64,000 bases of DNA from Octopus vulgaris (lineage: Eukaryota). The translations under genes were made by a program, and so were the position numbers. Position 1 is the stretch's first letter. Every line of letters starts with the position of its first letter. Of the stretch, positions 41,696 to 53,493 are shown piece after piece. The notes beneath the pieces were generated by a model. That model did not search any database and had not been told where the DNA came from. It worked only from the letters and a program-made list of their open reading frames with translations. The stretch covers positions 70,928,001 through 70,992,000 of the forward strand of contig OX597825.1 in the NCBI GenBank assembly GCA_951406725.2, written 5' to 3'.

Positions 41696-43039
41696 GTAAG
41701 TAAATTTCTCTCATCAAACATAGCATCTCATTTGTAACCTGTGTGGTGGTCGTAGTTGTTCTTTTACAGCATTTTCTAGTATACAAGTTGAATTAGTATA
41801 CAGAGTAAACATTCAAATATCGTCACTGTCTTTCCAAATCTTGCTACATTAGTTTATAAATCAAACTATCTCCTTCTTTTTTTGGCTGTAAATTTGGTCT
41901 GAAAAATTATGACTTGTGGCACATAAAAAGCACCATCCAATCGTGGCCATTGCCACCCTCGCCTGGCTCCCGTGCCGGTGGCACGTAAAAAGCACCATTC
42001 GACCGTGGCCATTTACCAGCCTCATCTGGCACCTGTGCTGGTGGCACGTATAAAGCACCCACTACACTCACGGAGTGGTTGGTGTTAGGAAGGGCATCCA
42101 CCGTAGAAACATTGCCAGATCAGACTGGAGCCTGGTGCAGCCTTCTGGCTTCCCAGACCCCAGTTGAACCGTCCAACCCATGCTAGCGTGGAAAGTGGAC
42201 ACTAAATGATGATGATGATGGAAAATATGATATGTCATACGACACATTTTTGAATGAGGCATGGGGAAGGTGGAGTATGTAGTCAAAAGCAATTTTGAAG
42301 ATGATGAACATTAGTGTTAAATGGTAAGAGGTTTTGAAACCTCGTCCTATTTTAAAGAAAATTGTTTTCGGGAAACGGCGGGCGCCGTTCGATTCCCCCA
42401 TTCATTCATATATTTTTCATTTCGTCTCATTAATGTAAATGTCCAGCCCGCAGCTACATCTGTGTAATGCCCTTGTGGCAAATTATGTGAATTGTATGAT
42501 GGAAAATATAGTAGCAACGTTAGAATGTTGAAAAATTGATTTGAGTAACTTCTTCTGTTCTATTTCTGATTGGATAACTTCTAATAACACTTACTTCTTC
42601 CCCTTCTCACTATTTTAACATCTACTTTTAACTGCAATTTTATAATATAGACCAAAGGCTCATTGATCATAATAGAATTCTTGAAATACAGTGTCTCTAA
42701 CAGAAGAAGAATTGCTAACTACTCAGCTGGTTTTCTTGTGTATTCTCAACTTGGGTCATCTGTACTCTCTTTAAATTATGTAAATTAAATAGTGGCCAAT
42801 GCTTTTCAAGAATTTGGTAGACAGTACCTACTGAAAGCCCATAGTGTGTGTATATGCATAGATGGATGGATGTATGTACATATATGCAAGTATGAGAAAG
42901 TGATGATGATAGTCGAAGGGTTTTTAACTCAGTATTTTGAACATATGGAAACTTACTGGCATTTATACATACATAACTGCTTCTGATATGGTCAACCCAT
43001 ATACATTGCCTTCATCTTTGTCCACACATCTAGCAGTTC

Positions 43040-43080
<41 letters not shown>

Positions 43081-43364
43081 ATAAATATATAAATATAATG
43101 AACTGCTTCAGACTAGAATACTTTTGATTGTTGATTTTCTTGTTCAGAGTTGATCTGGGGGTCAAACAACTTCATCCCACCTTTCAGATCCTATTAAGAG
43201 TTATGTGGAGTTGGAAGTTGATATTTGTCACCATCATCATCACTTCAACATTCATGTTTACATGCTTACTTTGGTCAGACAGAATTCATTTCTATGGCTC
43301 AAACTCTTTCCTGTTGTCAACCCTTACTTGTTTCCAATACTGAATTTTCTGGCATTACAAGTCA

Positions 43365-44730
43365 TTATATATAGTGTAAACATTCAGACATCATCTCTGT
43401 CCTTCTAATTCCTGCTGCATTTTACATGGAATTTCTGGTCTTCAAAAGTCATCTTGGTATATAAATTGACTTACCTTTGTTTTTGGCTGTACATTTTAGC
43501 CTCAAAAATTTGATATGTATGCTGGAAAGTACAGTGTGTGCAATCAATATTGAACTTCTATATATATATATCTATATTATCTAGACTATTTGTTGTGATA
43601 TTCATGGTGTGAGTAAAGATGTGGTTGGCGTTAGGAAGGGCATCCACCTGTAGAAACACTGCCAGATCAGGCTTCTCAGACTCCGGTCAAACCATCCAAC
43701 CCATGCTAGCATGGAAAGCGGACGTTAAACGATGATGATAAAGTCAATGTTGTATGTAGTGTAAACATTCAAACATCATCACTATCTTTTCAAATCCTGC
43801 TGTATTTCAAAAGGAATCTTTGCTTCCCCAAAGTCATCTTTTTGTATAAGTTGACCTACTATTTTGGTTTGTAAATTTTTCTCTGAAAATTTCAACTTGT
43901 ATGCTGGAAAATACTGTGAGTGGAATCAATGCTATATTTCTGTGGTTCTCAACTGGGATCCATATAAAATTTTGTTGTTAAAATCTGTGCAATAAATTTG
44001 TTGTAACTTCTACAGTACACAAAATATTTTAAACAATTTTTTATACAATTCATCATCATCATCATCGTTTAACGTCCGCTTTCTATGCTAGCATGGGTTG
44101 GACGAATGACTGAGGGCTGGCAAACCAGATGGGCTGCACCAGGCTTCAATCTTGATCTGGCAGAGTTTCTACAGCTGGATGCCCTTCCTAACGCCAACCA
44201 CTCCGAGAGTGTAGTGGGTGCTCTTACGTGCCAGTCAGGCGGTACTGGCAATGACCTCGCTCGAATCTTTTACACATGCCACCGGCACAGGTGCCAGTAA
44301 GGCAATGCTGGTAACGATCACGCTCGGATGGCGTCTTTTATGTGCCACCGGCACGAAGGCCAGATAGCCGCTCTGGCAACGATCACAAATTCTTAATAAT
44401 ATTTAATTATAAACCTGTAATAAGATTTTTTTAAAACGTCAAATTGATAGGAGGGTCCATCCAAGTAAAATAGAAATTTAAGGGGTCCATAGTTAAAAAT
44501 ATGGTTGAGAAACACCTGATCTAGACTATTTGTGATATCCATGGTGTGAGTAAAGATATTGTATTTTCTGACATACAAGTCAACATTGTATATAGTGTAA
44601 ACATTCAAACATTGTCACTATCTTTCCAAATCCTGCTCCGTTTCACATGGAATTTTTGGTCCTCCAAAGTTTCTTGGTGTCTAACTTGGTCTGATAAAGT
44701 TGACTTGTATGCTGGAAAATACGGTATTTG
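43365..44730 (+). repeat. Diverged tandem triplication (~200-280-bp unit) with later repeat and hAT-like insertions
   Basis: TAGTGTAAACATTCA...TCCTGCT...TGTATGCTGGAAA recurs at ~43372, ~43757 and ~44593. Confidence 0.8.
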
Positions 44731-45991
44731 CTCATGGCCAGACATGTTTCCATGGGGAATAGGAAACAAAGGATACTGCTAGTATGACTATCATGCGATG
44801 TCAAGGCAAGAGGACACAAATACACCCATACACAATACATATATATATATATATATCATCATCATCATCATCATCGTTTAACGTCCGTTTTCCGCGCTAG
44901 CATGGGTTGGACGGTTTGACCGGGGTCTGCACCAGGCTCCAGTCTGATCTGGCAGTGTTTCTACAGCTGGATGCCCTTCCTAGCGCCAACCACTCCGCGA
45001 GTGTAGTGGGTGCTTTTAATGTGCCACCGGCACGGAAGCCAGCCAAGGCGGCGCTGGCACCGGCCACATTCGGATGGTGCTTTTTATGTGCCACCGGCAC
45101 GGAAGCCAGTCGAGGTGGCGCTGGCATCGGCCACATTCGGATGGTGCTTTTTATGTGCCACCGGCACAGAAGCCAGTCGAGGCGGCGAGCTAAATAGTGA
45201 TATGCCATGCTTGAAAAAAACCTATCCATCTCAGTAAAATTGAGGCCCCTGTCAATTCTTTGTTCACAACCCATCTTTCAACACCCAATCCTACATCAGT
45301 CTTCTAATTGAGGTACCACTCAATCAGGTGCTGTAAGTGATACCATTTATCATCCTTCTACACTTCACATTATATCCTAAGAAAGAAGCACACTCTAAAA
45401 AGTAGAGCATTAATTATTACAACAAAATTTTATATAGGGTTACCCAAAGTTTTGGCTTTGTGAGTGCGAAACCTGGGATAACTCTATATAAAATTTTGTT
45501 GTAATTATATATCATCATCATCATCAATATAATAATAATAATGAAGGCGGTTATATGCAATATAAAACCAAAAGGAAGAAATTCAATAGTCACTAATTAT
45601 GACTGATGGTGCAGGGTAGCACTTACATTGCTAGAAATAAGAGCTAAAAGCCCTTATACCCATAGGAAGCACAAGTCTATGCACTGATATAATATATATA
45701 GAGGCTTCTCTCAGTTATCTGTCTACCACTCAGAAGGCTTTGGTTGGCCTGGGGCCACAGTAGAAGACACTTGCTCAAAGTGCTATACAGTGGAACTGAA
45801 CCCAAAGCTGTTAAATATCTATGAAAAAACAGAATTGGTATTTTTTGCAAGTCATGTCTCAATAAACTTGACATATCTCAATGGAAATTTCTTTCAAACA
45901 TGGCATTCCTCAGTAAAACATAGATTGGTATATATAATTGCTTTCCACGGTTAAAAGTAATGGAATTTTGAATGGCTATATCAAAAGTTTT

Positions 45992-46375
45992 GGATCTTTT
46001 CGGTTTGAACGGCAGTTTTTAACATAATTTCTAGGTAACTAAAAAATTTTTAACTTCATATACTGGTAGAATGTGTTTATTAAACATCTTTTTCTCTTGA
46101 CTTTATTGAGAAAATTCTGTATTTTGTAAGATATTTGTTTTTTTTTCAATTTCTGCAATTTCAACCAATCACTGATGTCTATTGAGGTAAAAAACATTCT
46201 GTGCCATATGAATATGTCCATCGTTTAAGAAACAGATTGGGTTTCTTTACATTTGTGAAGAAAAAAGATACCCTTCCCCCCACCCCTAACCCTAAAACAG
46301 ATTGAAATGCAATAATTATGGGTGACAATTTCATGACACCGCTAGAAAAAACTGCCGTTCAAACCGAAAAGATCC
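45992..46375. mobile_element. Merlin-like MITE family 1, copy 2
   Basis: Same TIRs; TSD AAAGTTTT/AAAATTTT. Confidence 0.9.
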
Positions 46376-46571
46376 AAAATTTTAACTAATCCTTTACACC
46401 AAACAGAACTGATGAAAGCATACAAAGAACTAACTTCAGAACCTGTTATTTTATGTTATAGATAATGCCAAATATTGACTAATGAATTAGATTTCCATTT
46501 CTTCTTTTCTTTTCTTGTTTTTTAACTAATTTAAATAAAGAATTCCAACATTGTTTTATTTTCTTTTTCAG

Positions 46572-46613
46572 CCGGCAGAAGATTTTAATCCATTCCAGCC
46601 TCCTTACAATTAA
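46572..46613 (+). CDS. SLC25A46: Probable SLC25A46 terminal exon (PAEDFNPFQPPYN*)
   Basis: Strong acceptor (ttttctttttcag), phase 0, stop TAA, AATAAA about 190-220 bp downstream. Confidence 0.6.
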   Translation, partial: PAEDFNPFQPPYN

Positions 46614-47004
46614 CTCTGTGATTTCCCAGAACCAAAAAATTTCACTATGAATGCAAAATTGTTTTCCTGTTAAACCGGAAACTACCCCCCAAAATAGTAC
46701 TTTTTACACGGATCTCAATAATAGATCTATGGGTTTTTTTTTTCTCTTGTTGATTAAATAACTTTCCAAAAATAATTTTACAAGGCAAGAAACAAAAATA
46801 AAATGACATATGTAAAGTTATTGTGCAACAATAAATTATTTATACTGAAAAAAATTGTTATCAAATAATATTTTTTTCCATGGCTTATTTTTCTGCACAT
46901 TTTTTACATTACATTTGATTTTTTTCTTCTTTTTTCTTAATGCTCCACCCCTTTGTTTTTTTATGTATGTATTATCATCTATTGTCACCTCTACCAGTTG
47001 TCTG

Positions 47005-47330
47005 TCTCTCCTTTCTTCTCACAGCATTCACCCGGGGTGGGTTGAGCTGGCTTCTTTCATCCTCAATGCTGCATCTCACAAACGCCAACCAGGCCTGGCG
47101 ATTTGAGGCTAACGACCGAGTGATCTCCAACCACTCCTTATTCCAGCGGCGAACGCCGTAGATATGGGGGCCTAGGTTGGGTTCCAGATCAGCCTTGACT
47201 GTCATCAGCCAGGTTTTTCGTTGTCCACCACATCGCTTTCGCCAACCCTGAAGGGGAGCTGGGGCAATTGCTTCATAGATGAATTCTCCTGGTTGACGAC
47301 GGAGGGTATGACCCAGCCAAAGCTGTCTCC
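47005..47330 (-). mobile_element. RTE-like LINE 3' fragment
   Basis: WLGHTLRR...GGQRKTWLMTVKADL...ASNRQAW peptide, typical of RTE ORF2 ends. Confidence 0.75.
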
Positions 47331-48649
47331 AACAATTCGGTGCGACACCAGTGCAGAATCACCTCCCTCCGACAAGTCATCCTAACGAGACGTCTGTCTC
47401 TCCTTTTACCCTCTTGCAAACCTACTTACCCATCTGGCCATCCTTGATTCTCTGTTCACCTTCTTATACCTTGAAGGTATACTCAGATACCTCATCACCA
47501 TCATTCTTTTTCTCTTTCATTATAGGGTAGCCATGTATCTCCACGACAGCAAGCGACCCATTTATGCCCATCTATCATTCTTTGACCTCTCACCACCTGA
47601 CACAAAGCCACCTCCATCATGTCAAGGAGTCTTGTCTTACAAGTGCCATGAGAAAAAACACCCTGTACACTCTCTAAGGTGGTTGGCAATTAGGAAAGGC
47701 ATCCTGCCATAAAAACCATGTCAAAGTAGACTTTGGAGACCAATGCAGCCCTCAGCCTAGTCAGATTCTGTCCAACCCAATACAGCATGAAATGGAGATT
47801 TTGAAATGATGATGGTGAAGGTGAATACCTTGCACAAACCTCCATGTTTCCTTTACAGGATTAAGAGATTTTATAGAAGTTCCATCACCATCTTTTTCTC
47901 AGCATGTATTACTATATATTCTTTATTCTCTTTTACTTGCTTCAGTCATGTGACTGTAGCCATGCTGGAGCACTGCCTTTAGTCGAGCAAATCAACCCTA
48001 GGACTTATTCTTTGTAATCCTAGTACTTATTCTATCGGCTTCTTTTGCAGAACCTCTAAGTTACAGGGGCATAAACATACCACTATTGGTTGTCAAGCAA
48101 TGTTGGGGGGGACAAACACAGACACACATATATGACAGGCTTCTTTCAGTTTTGGCCTACCAAATCCACTCACAAGGCTTTGGTCGGCCCGAGGCTATAG
48201 TAGAAGATACTTGCCCAAGGTGCAACTGAACCCAATACCATGTGGTTCGTAAGCAAGCTACTTACCACACAGCCACTCCTACAAAAAGCTGTTAATTAAT
48301 TGGTTATGAGTAACTTTTACTAAAAGAAAGCAATTATAAGAGTCTGCACTGTCTAAAAAGTTCTTCAATTTTCGGTTGTAATATTCTGAATCAAAATGAA
48401 ATTTTCAAGCTTCTTTCATTATTGAAGATTTCAACCATATGATTCAATCAGGAAAAACTAATTTTCATTCACTGCAACACAGTATCTTTATAGGTGCAAG
48501 AGTAGTTGTGTGGTAAGTAGCTTGCTTACCAACCACATGGACCCAGGTTCATTTCCACTGTGTGGCACCTTGGGCGAGTATCTTCTACTATAGCCTCGGG
48601 CTAACCAAAGCCCTGTGGATTTGGTAGACGGAAACTGAAAGAAGCCCGT

Positions 48650-48695
<46 letters not shown>

Positions 48696-48739
48696 AATCT
48701 GTGTTTGTCCCCCAACGTATAAAAATAATTAAAAATTGG

Positions 48740-48864
48740 GGTGCCACTTCAGTGTGCGGTCTACCTGGCTATTTATACTTTAGTGTATAGTCTAAACCTA
48801 ACCCTGACCCAGATCAGGTCATTTTACAGTGTAAACTATGGACACTGCATGGTGAAGCAGCACC
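48740..48864. mobile_element. GG..CC TIR MITE family 4 with CCTAACCCTGACCC core
   Basis: TIR GGTGCCACTTCA / TGAAGCAGCACC; TSD AAAATTGG/AAAAATGG. Confidence 0.65.
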
Positions 48865-49607
48865 AAAAATGGTGAATTTAAAGTTTTAAACTGTAACCAT
48901 TTCTTTTCACTCTTTTACTCGTATTTGTTTGTCATTTGACTGTGGCCATGCTGGAGCACCGCCTTTAGTCGAGCAAATCGACCCCAGGACTTATTCTTTG
49001 TAAGCCTAGTACTTATTCTAACGGTCTCTTTTGCCGAATCGCTAAGTTATGGGGACGTAAACACCAGCATCAGTTGTCAAGCGATGTCGAGGGGGCAAAC
49101 ACAGATCACAAACATATACACACACACACACATACATACATATATATGACGGGCTTCTTTCAGTTTCCGTCTACCAAATCCACTCACAAAGCTTTGGTCG
49201 GCCCGAGGCTATAGTAGTAGACACTTGCCCAAGGTGCCACACAGTGGGACTGAACCTGGAGCCATGTGGTTCATAAGCAAGCTACTTACCACACAGCCAC
49301 TCCTACACCTACATAATGAAACAATGTTTTAAAAATGTAGAAATATATACATCAAAATATCAATAAAGAACATTTGTCATAAAACATGGAATATTAATGT
49401 GGCCTTCAACGCAATCACTCAACCTGCTAAAAACAGCACCCAATTCTTTCGCAAATCACATCCTACCATTTTCCAAAAAAATTACTTTAGATACTCTCAA
49501 ATCAGAACAAAAGACAAGATGGCGGCCTTTGATCAAAGCTCTGTTTGGTGATGGTTCAACTAAGATGAAATAACAACAACAACAGTAGATATGTAGAAAA
49601 AATATTT

Positions 49608-49720
49608 TTAATCATCGCTAAATGTTATTTTTTTACCTTGAAATGCATTTACACCGGATATTTCTAGTTTTCTTTTCCGACTGGCTTCCCAAGAAGGGTG
49701 TAACGTTTTACTGGAAACAC
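49608..49720 (-). CDS. SRFBP1: SRFBP1 terminal exon (BUD22 C-terminal motif [12 protein letters not shown]...[11 protein letters not shown])
   Basis: ttgcag| (phase 1); diagnostic C-terminal motif; TAA at 49610-49608. Confidence 0.95.
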
Positions 49721-49956
49721 CTGCAAGTGATTTTACAAAAACAGAAATTAATCTTTTCTTGATTGCAAGTAATTGCAGAAATGTAAACAACATAGTTGGT
49801 GCAGGCATGGGCGTGTGGTGAGAAGTTCGCTTCCCAATCACATGGTTCTGAGTTCAGTCCCACTGTGTAGAACCTTGAGCAAGCACCTTCTATTATAGCC
49901 TCAGGCCTACCAAAGCTTTGTGAGTGGATATGGGAGATGGAAACTGAAAGAAGGTA

Positions 49957-50354
49957 TCATATATATATATATAAAGCTGAAGTTGTCTGTGTGTGGCAGG
50001 TTTGGTAGCCTCTAACTAACACTATCTCCTCTGAGACCCTGCGGTGCAAGTTGACCAAAATTGAGAGTAAGATAGAAGGCTTGCTCTTCCTTCCATAGAA
50101 GAAAAAATTCATATCAGACCATGTTAACACCAAAAATTATTTACATCAAAAAGGTGCTTTTTTTCTATGAAAATCCTTATTTTTTATGATTTTTTTTACT
50201 GCTATGTCGCCATTTTTTGGTGTATTTCAACCAGAAAAATGTTCACTTACAGAGAACAACAAGCTACATAATGCAAAAATTTTACTTTTCAAAAATTCCA
50301 ATTCTAAAGGGTCGAAAAGAAAACAAACCGAGCAATTCTGGGCTATACTTCTAG
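49957..50354 (+). mobile_element. Non-autonomous Helitron (degenerate), inserted after a SINE head
   Basis: A|TC...TATAAAG start, degenerate 3' hairpin CCGAGCAATTCTGGG and CTAG|T end. Confidence 0.6.
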
Positions 50355-50398
50355 TATATATATGTATCTGTGAATATAACATGTGACAATTATTCGGT

Positions 50399-50471
50399 GG
50401 CCATGATAAAAATCCGAGTTTCGGATGTCAGGTGCGGAAACCTAAGCGACCATCTCTTCAGTTATCTGGCC
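50399..50471 (-). ncRNA. Type I hammerhead ribozyme motif (left arm of an inverted pair)
   Basis: GGCCAGATAA-CTGAAGA-GATG...CATCC-GAAA-CTCGGATTT-TTATCATGGCC; 10-bp stem I with one bulge. Confidence 0.6.
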
Positions 50472-50501
50472 ATCAGAAAAATGCTATGAAAATTACCGTT
50501 A

Positions 50502-50567
50502 AATAACTGAAGAGATGGCAGCATGGGTTTCTGCCCTGACATCCGAAACTCAGAGTTTAGTCATGGC
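50502..50567 (+). ncRNA. Type I hammerhead ribozyme motif (right arm of an inverted pair)
   Basis: CTGAAGA-GATG...CATCC-GAAA-CTCAGAGTT; GUU site; stem I degenerate. Confidence 0.55.
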
Positions 50568-51059
50568 TACCAAATAATTCACTCCACAATTGCCCATGGG
50601 CATATGTCGTAGAGGTTAAGAGTGTGGGCTACTAACCCCAAGATTCCAAGTTCGATTCCAGGCAGTGACCTGAATAATAATAATAATAATAACTACGCCA
50701 TATGCCTGAAAAATACCTTAGGAATGAGAACCTGATGAAGGCTGGAGGGTATATCAACCGAAATGTGTTAACAGAGGACAAATATCTATACTGGTTTTTA
50801 TATCCATTTTCCCAGGCTTGCATTCATTAGATGAACGGATGGTTGAGGCATTTGCTTTACAGCCAGATGTTTTCAGTCACTTACTGTTTACCTGTTTGCC
50901 AAACAGATCTCATTTTGTCTTTGAAAGCACAAAGCCAGTGGATGATTTGCTGATAGGGGAGCTCAAAATATTCAAAGGAGAAATATAAACAAATGCATCT
51001 ACAATGCATCGGTCCTCTCCATTCTCCTCTATGGAGCAGAAATGTGGCCCTTCTCAAAG

Positions 51060-51500
51060 ACCCTGGCAATGAGGATTGACAGCTTTGATAGCAGACCCCC
51101 TGAGAACATCAGATGGTACCGGCATGTTTCCAGCAAAGAACTGCATGCATGCACACCTCGGCCTGCAGCCTCCCACCTCATAGCTGTCTGATGCATGTGC
51201 TGATACAAACATGTCCACCATCTCCCACTAGATCATCCTACCAGGGTTTCACTCTCATTTGACACAGCAGTTGTGGGCAGGAGGAGGCCCTCATGACAGG
51301 CCCCTTACCAGATGGCTGGACATGATTAAGGAAGATCTACAAACACTTAATGTCATCTTGGAGGATGCAGAGGAGCTGGTACAGAACATCAGCAACAGAG
51401 AGCCCTGGTGGACATGGCTGGCTCTATGCATCATGATATCTCTGAGACCACTAACCCGGGATGATTCCGGCCACATCAAGCAAGAGCATGAAGTGAAGCA
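51060..51500 (+). mobile_element. Degenerate RTE-like LINE 3' fragment
   Basis: RPLTRWLDMIKEDL peptide; CAAG-type tail. Confidence 0.6.
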
Positions 51501-51860
51501 AAGCGAGATACACATGCATTTATATATGATGGGCTTCTTTCAGTTTCCTTCTGCCAAAACCACCCACAAAGCTTTGGTCAACCAAAGGCAACAGCAGAAG
51601 ACAACAGCCTGAGATGCTTCACAGTGGAACTGAACACACAACCACTTTGTGGGGAAATGAACTTTTTAACTGAACATCCATGCCTGAGCTTATAAACAAA
51701 CAAACATAAGAAAATCAAAGCAACTTGATTGACTTCTCTTCCCTCAGGTTTCCTTCTCCATGAAGGGAAACATCTCAAAGAGTGAAGCAGTGAATGAAAG
51801 ATACAACAATGTCAGATATAAGAGTTCAAATCAAGGTGAGGAAGTAAGAACAAAAATTAC

Positions 51861-52276
51861 CTTTGTTGTCTTTTGTGTTGGAGTTTCCTTTCTGAAATGA
51901 ATTTCTTTCATGAAAATCTCTTTTGTTGGTAAAAGTATCATTTCTTCCAAATTGTCTATTTCCTGAGTCTTCTCTTCCCCCTCGACCCCTTCCATATCCT
52001 GAGTCTCCTCCTCTTCCTCCTCGGCCCCGTCCATATCCTGAGTCTCCTCCTCTTCCTCCTCGACCCCTTCTTCCTTGGTCAAATCCTTCTTGATTAGGTC
52101 TACCGTCTCTCCCTTGGCCTCGGTTATATCCAGCGCCTCTCCCTCTGTACCCTGTATTGTCTTGGTCTCTGTACGTCGATGTTCCTCGCCCACCTCCTCC
52201 TCTTTTTCCATACTCAGAATAACTTGATCGACCAAACGATGAGCCATAACCACGCCTGCCACCTCTGCCACCGAAT
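51861..52276 (-). CDS. SRFBP1: SRFBP1 exon 6 (RGG-rich region)
   Basis: ttcag| (phase 2) and G|gtaatt (phase 1); ORF 51826-52296. Confidence 0.88.
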
Positions 52277-52681
52277 CTGAAAGTAAAACACAACATTTAA
52301 TATTATAAACACATGCATATATTCTTTCATTCTTTTACTTGTTTCAGTCATTAGACTGCGGCCATACTGGGGCAGTCCTTTGAAGAAGTTTAGTTGAATG
52401 AATCATCCTCAGTGCTTTTATTCTATCATTCTCTTTGGCTGAACTGCTAACTTATGGAAATGTAAAAACACCAGTACCAGTGGGGGACAAACAGACACAC
52501 ACACACATGATAGGTTTCTCTCAGTTTCCATCTACCAAATCCACCCCAAAGCTATAGCAGAAAACACTTGCTCAAGTGACTGATCCCAGAACCATGTGGT
52601 TGGGAAGCAAGTTTCTTACCACACAGCCACACCTTTACCTATATAATATACATTATATACACCATATATATATATATACAC

Positions 52682-52717
<36 letters not shown>

Positions 52718-52964
52718 CCATTATATACACTATATATATATATATGCACACACACATCATCATCTTTTAACATCCACTTTTCCATGCTTGCATGGGTCAG
52801 ACAAAATTTGTTGAGGTAGATTTTCTGTGATCAAATGCTCTTCTTGTTGCAAACCATCACAGTGTTTAACCATTGTTTATTGAATCAACTGATTACATTT
52901 TACATTATAACATTTAAATACAAAGAAACAGAAAAAGATAAAGGAAAAAAGAAGAGGGATTTAA

Positions 52965-53493
52965 CCCTTTAGCATTCAGATTACTCTGTCAAATGTTGTT
53001 TGTTCCTTCTCAAGCTATGCCTAGCTCATAGGACCGATTTACCGGTTTCCTTAGCATATAGGTTCCCCACCTGGATGGGATGCCAGTCCGTCACAGGTGA
53101 GCTGCAAGATGCAGGAGGAAAGAGTGAGAGAAAGTTGTGGCGAAAGAGTCAGAAGAAGTTCACCATTACCTTCTGCCGGAGCCGCGTGGAGCTTAGGTGT
53201 TTCGCTCATAAACACACACATTGTCCGGTCTGAGATTCGAACCCGCAATCCCTCGACCACAAGTCCACTGCTCTAACCACTAGGCCACGTGCCTCCACAA
53301 ATGTAATGCTTATACATCCATATCATTTTGAATCACTCATGCATTTACCTTGTAACTTTCAGATTGCTATGATGCGACTGTTTGTGTTTAGAATGACATT
53401 GTCAGGTAGGTGTGATATGCCAGATCTGGCCAGGTTGAACATAAAACAGTAAGAATATTAGGGCCAGATATAGCCGGTTTAAATGCTAATGGA
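52965..53493. mobile_element. piggyBac-like MITE containing a nested SINE; second copy at ~32093-32303
   Basis: TTAA|CCCTTTAGCATT ... AATGCTAATGGA|TTAA. Confidence 0.75.
52997..53297 (-). mobile_element. tRNA-derived SINE nested in the piggyBac-like MITE
   Basis: A box TGGCCTAGTGG, B box GGTTCGAATC; 7-bp TSD CAAATGT. Confidence 0.85.

Noticed and set aside
51831-52271. 146-aa acidic ORF overlapping the RGG exon in another frame
   Set aside because: By-product of GGA/AGA-rich codons; splice phases support only the RGG frame.
53225-53297. tRNA gene call for SINE heads (also 27262 and 50598)
   Set aside because: A/B boxes are present but there is no complete cloverleaf, and each continues into a repeat body.
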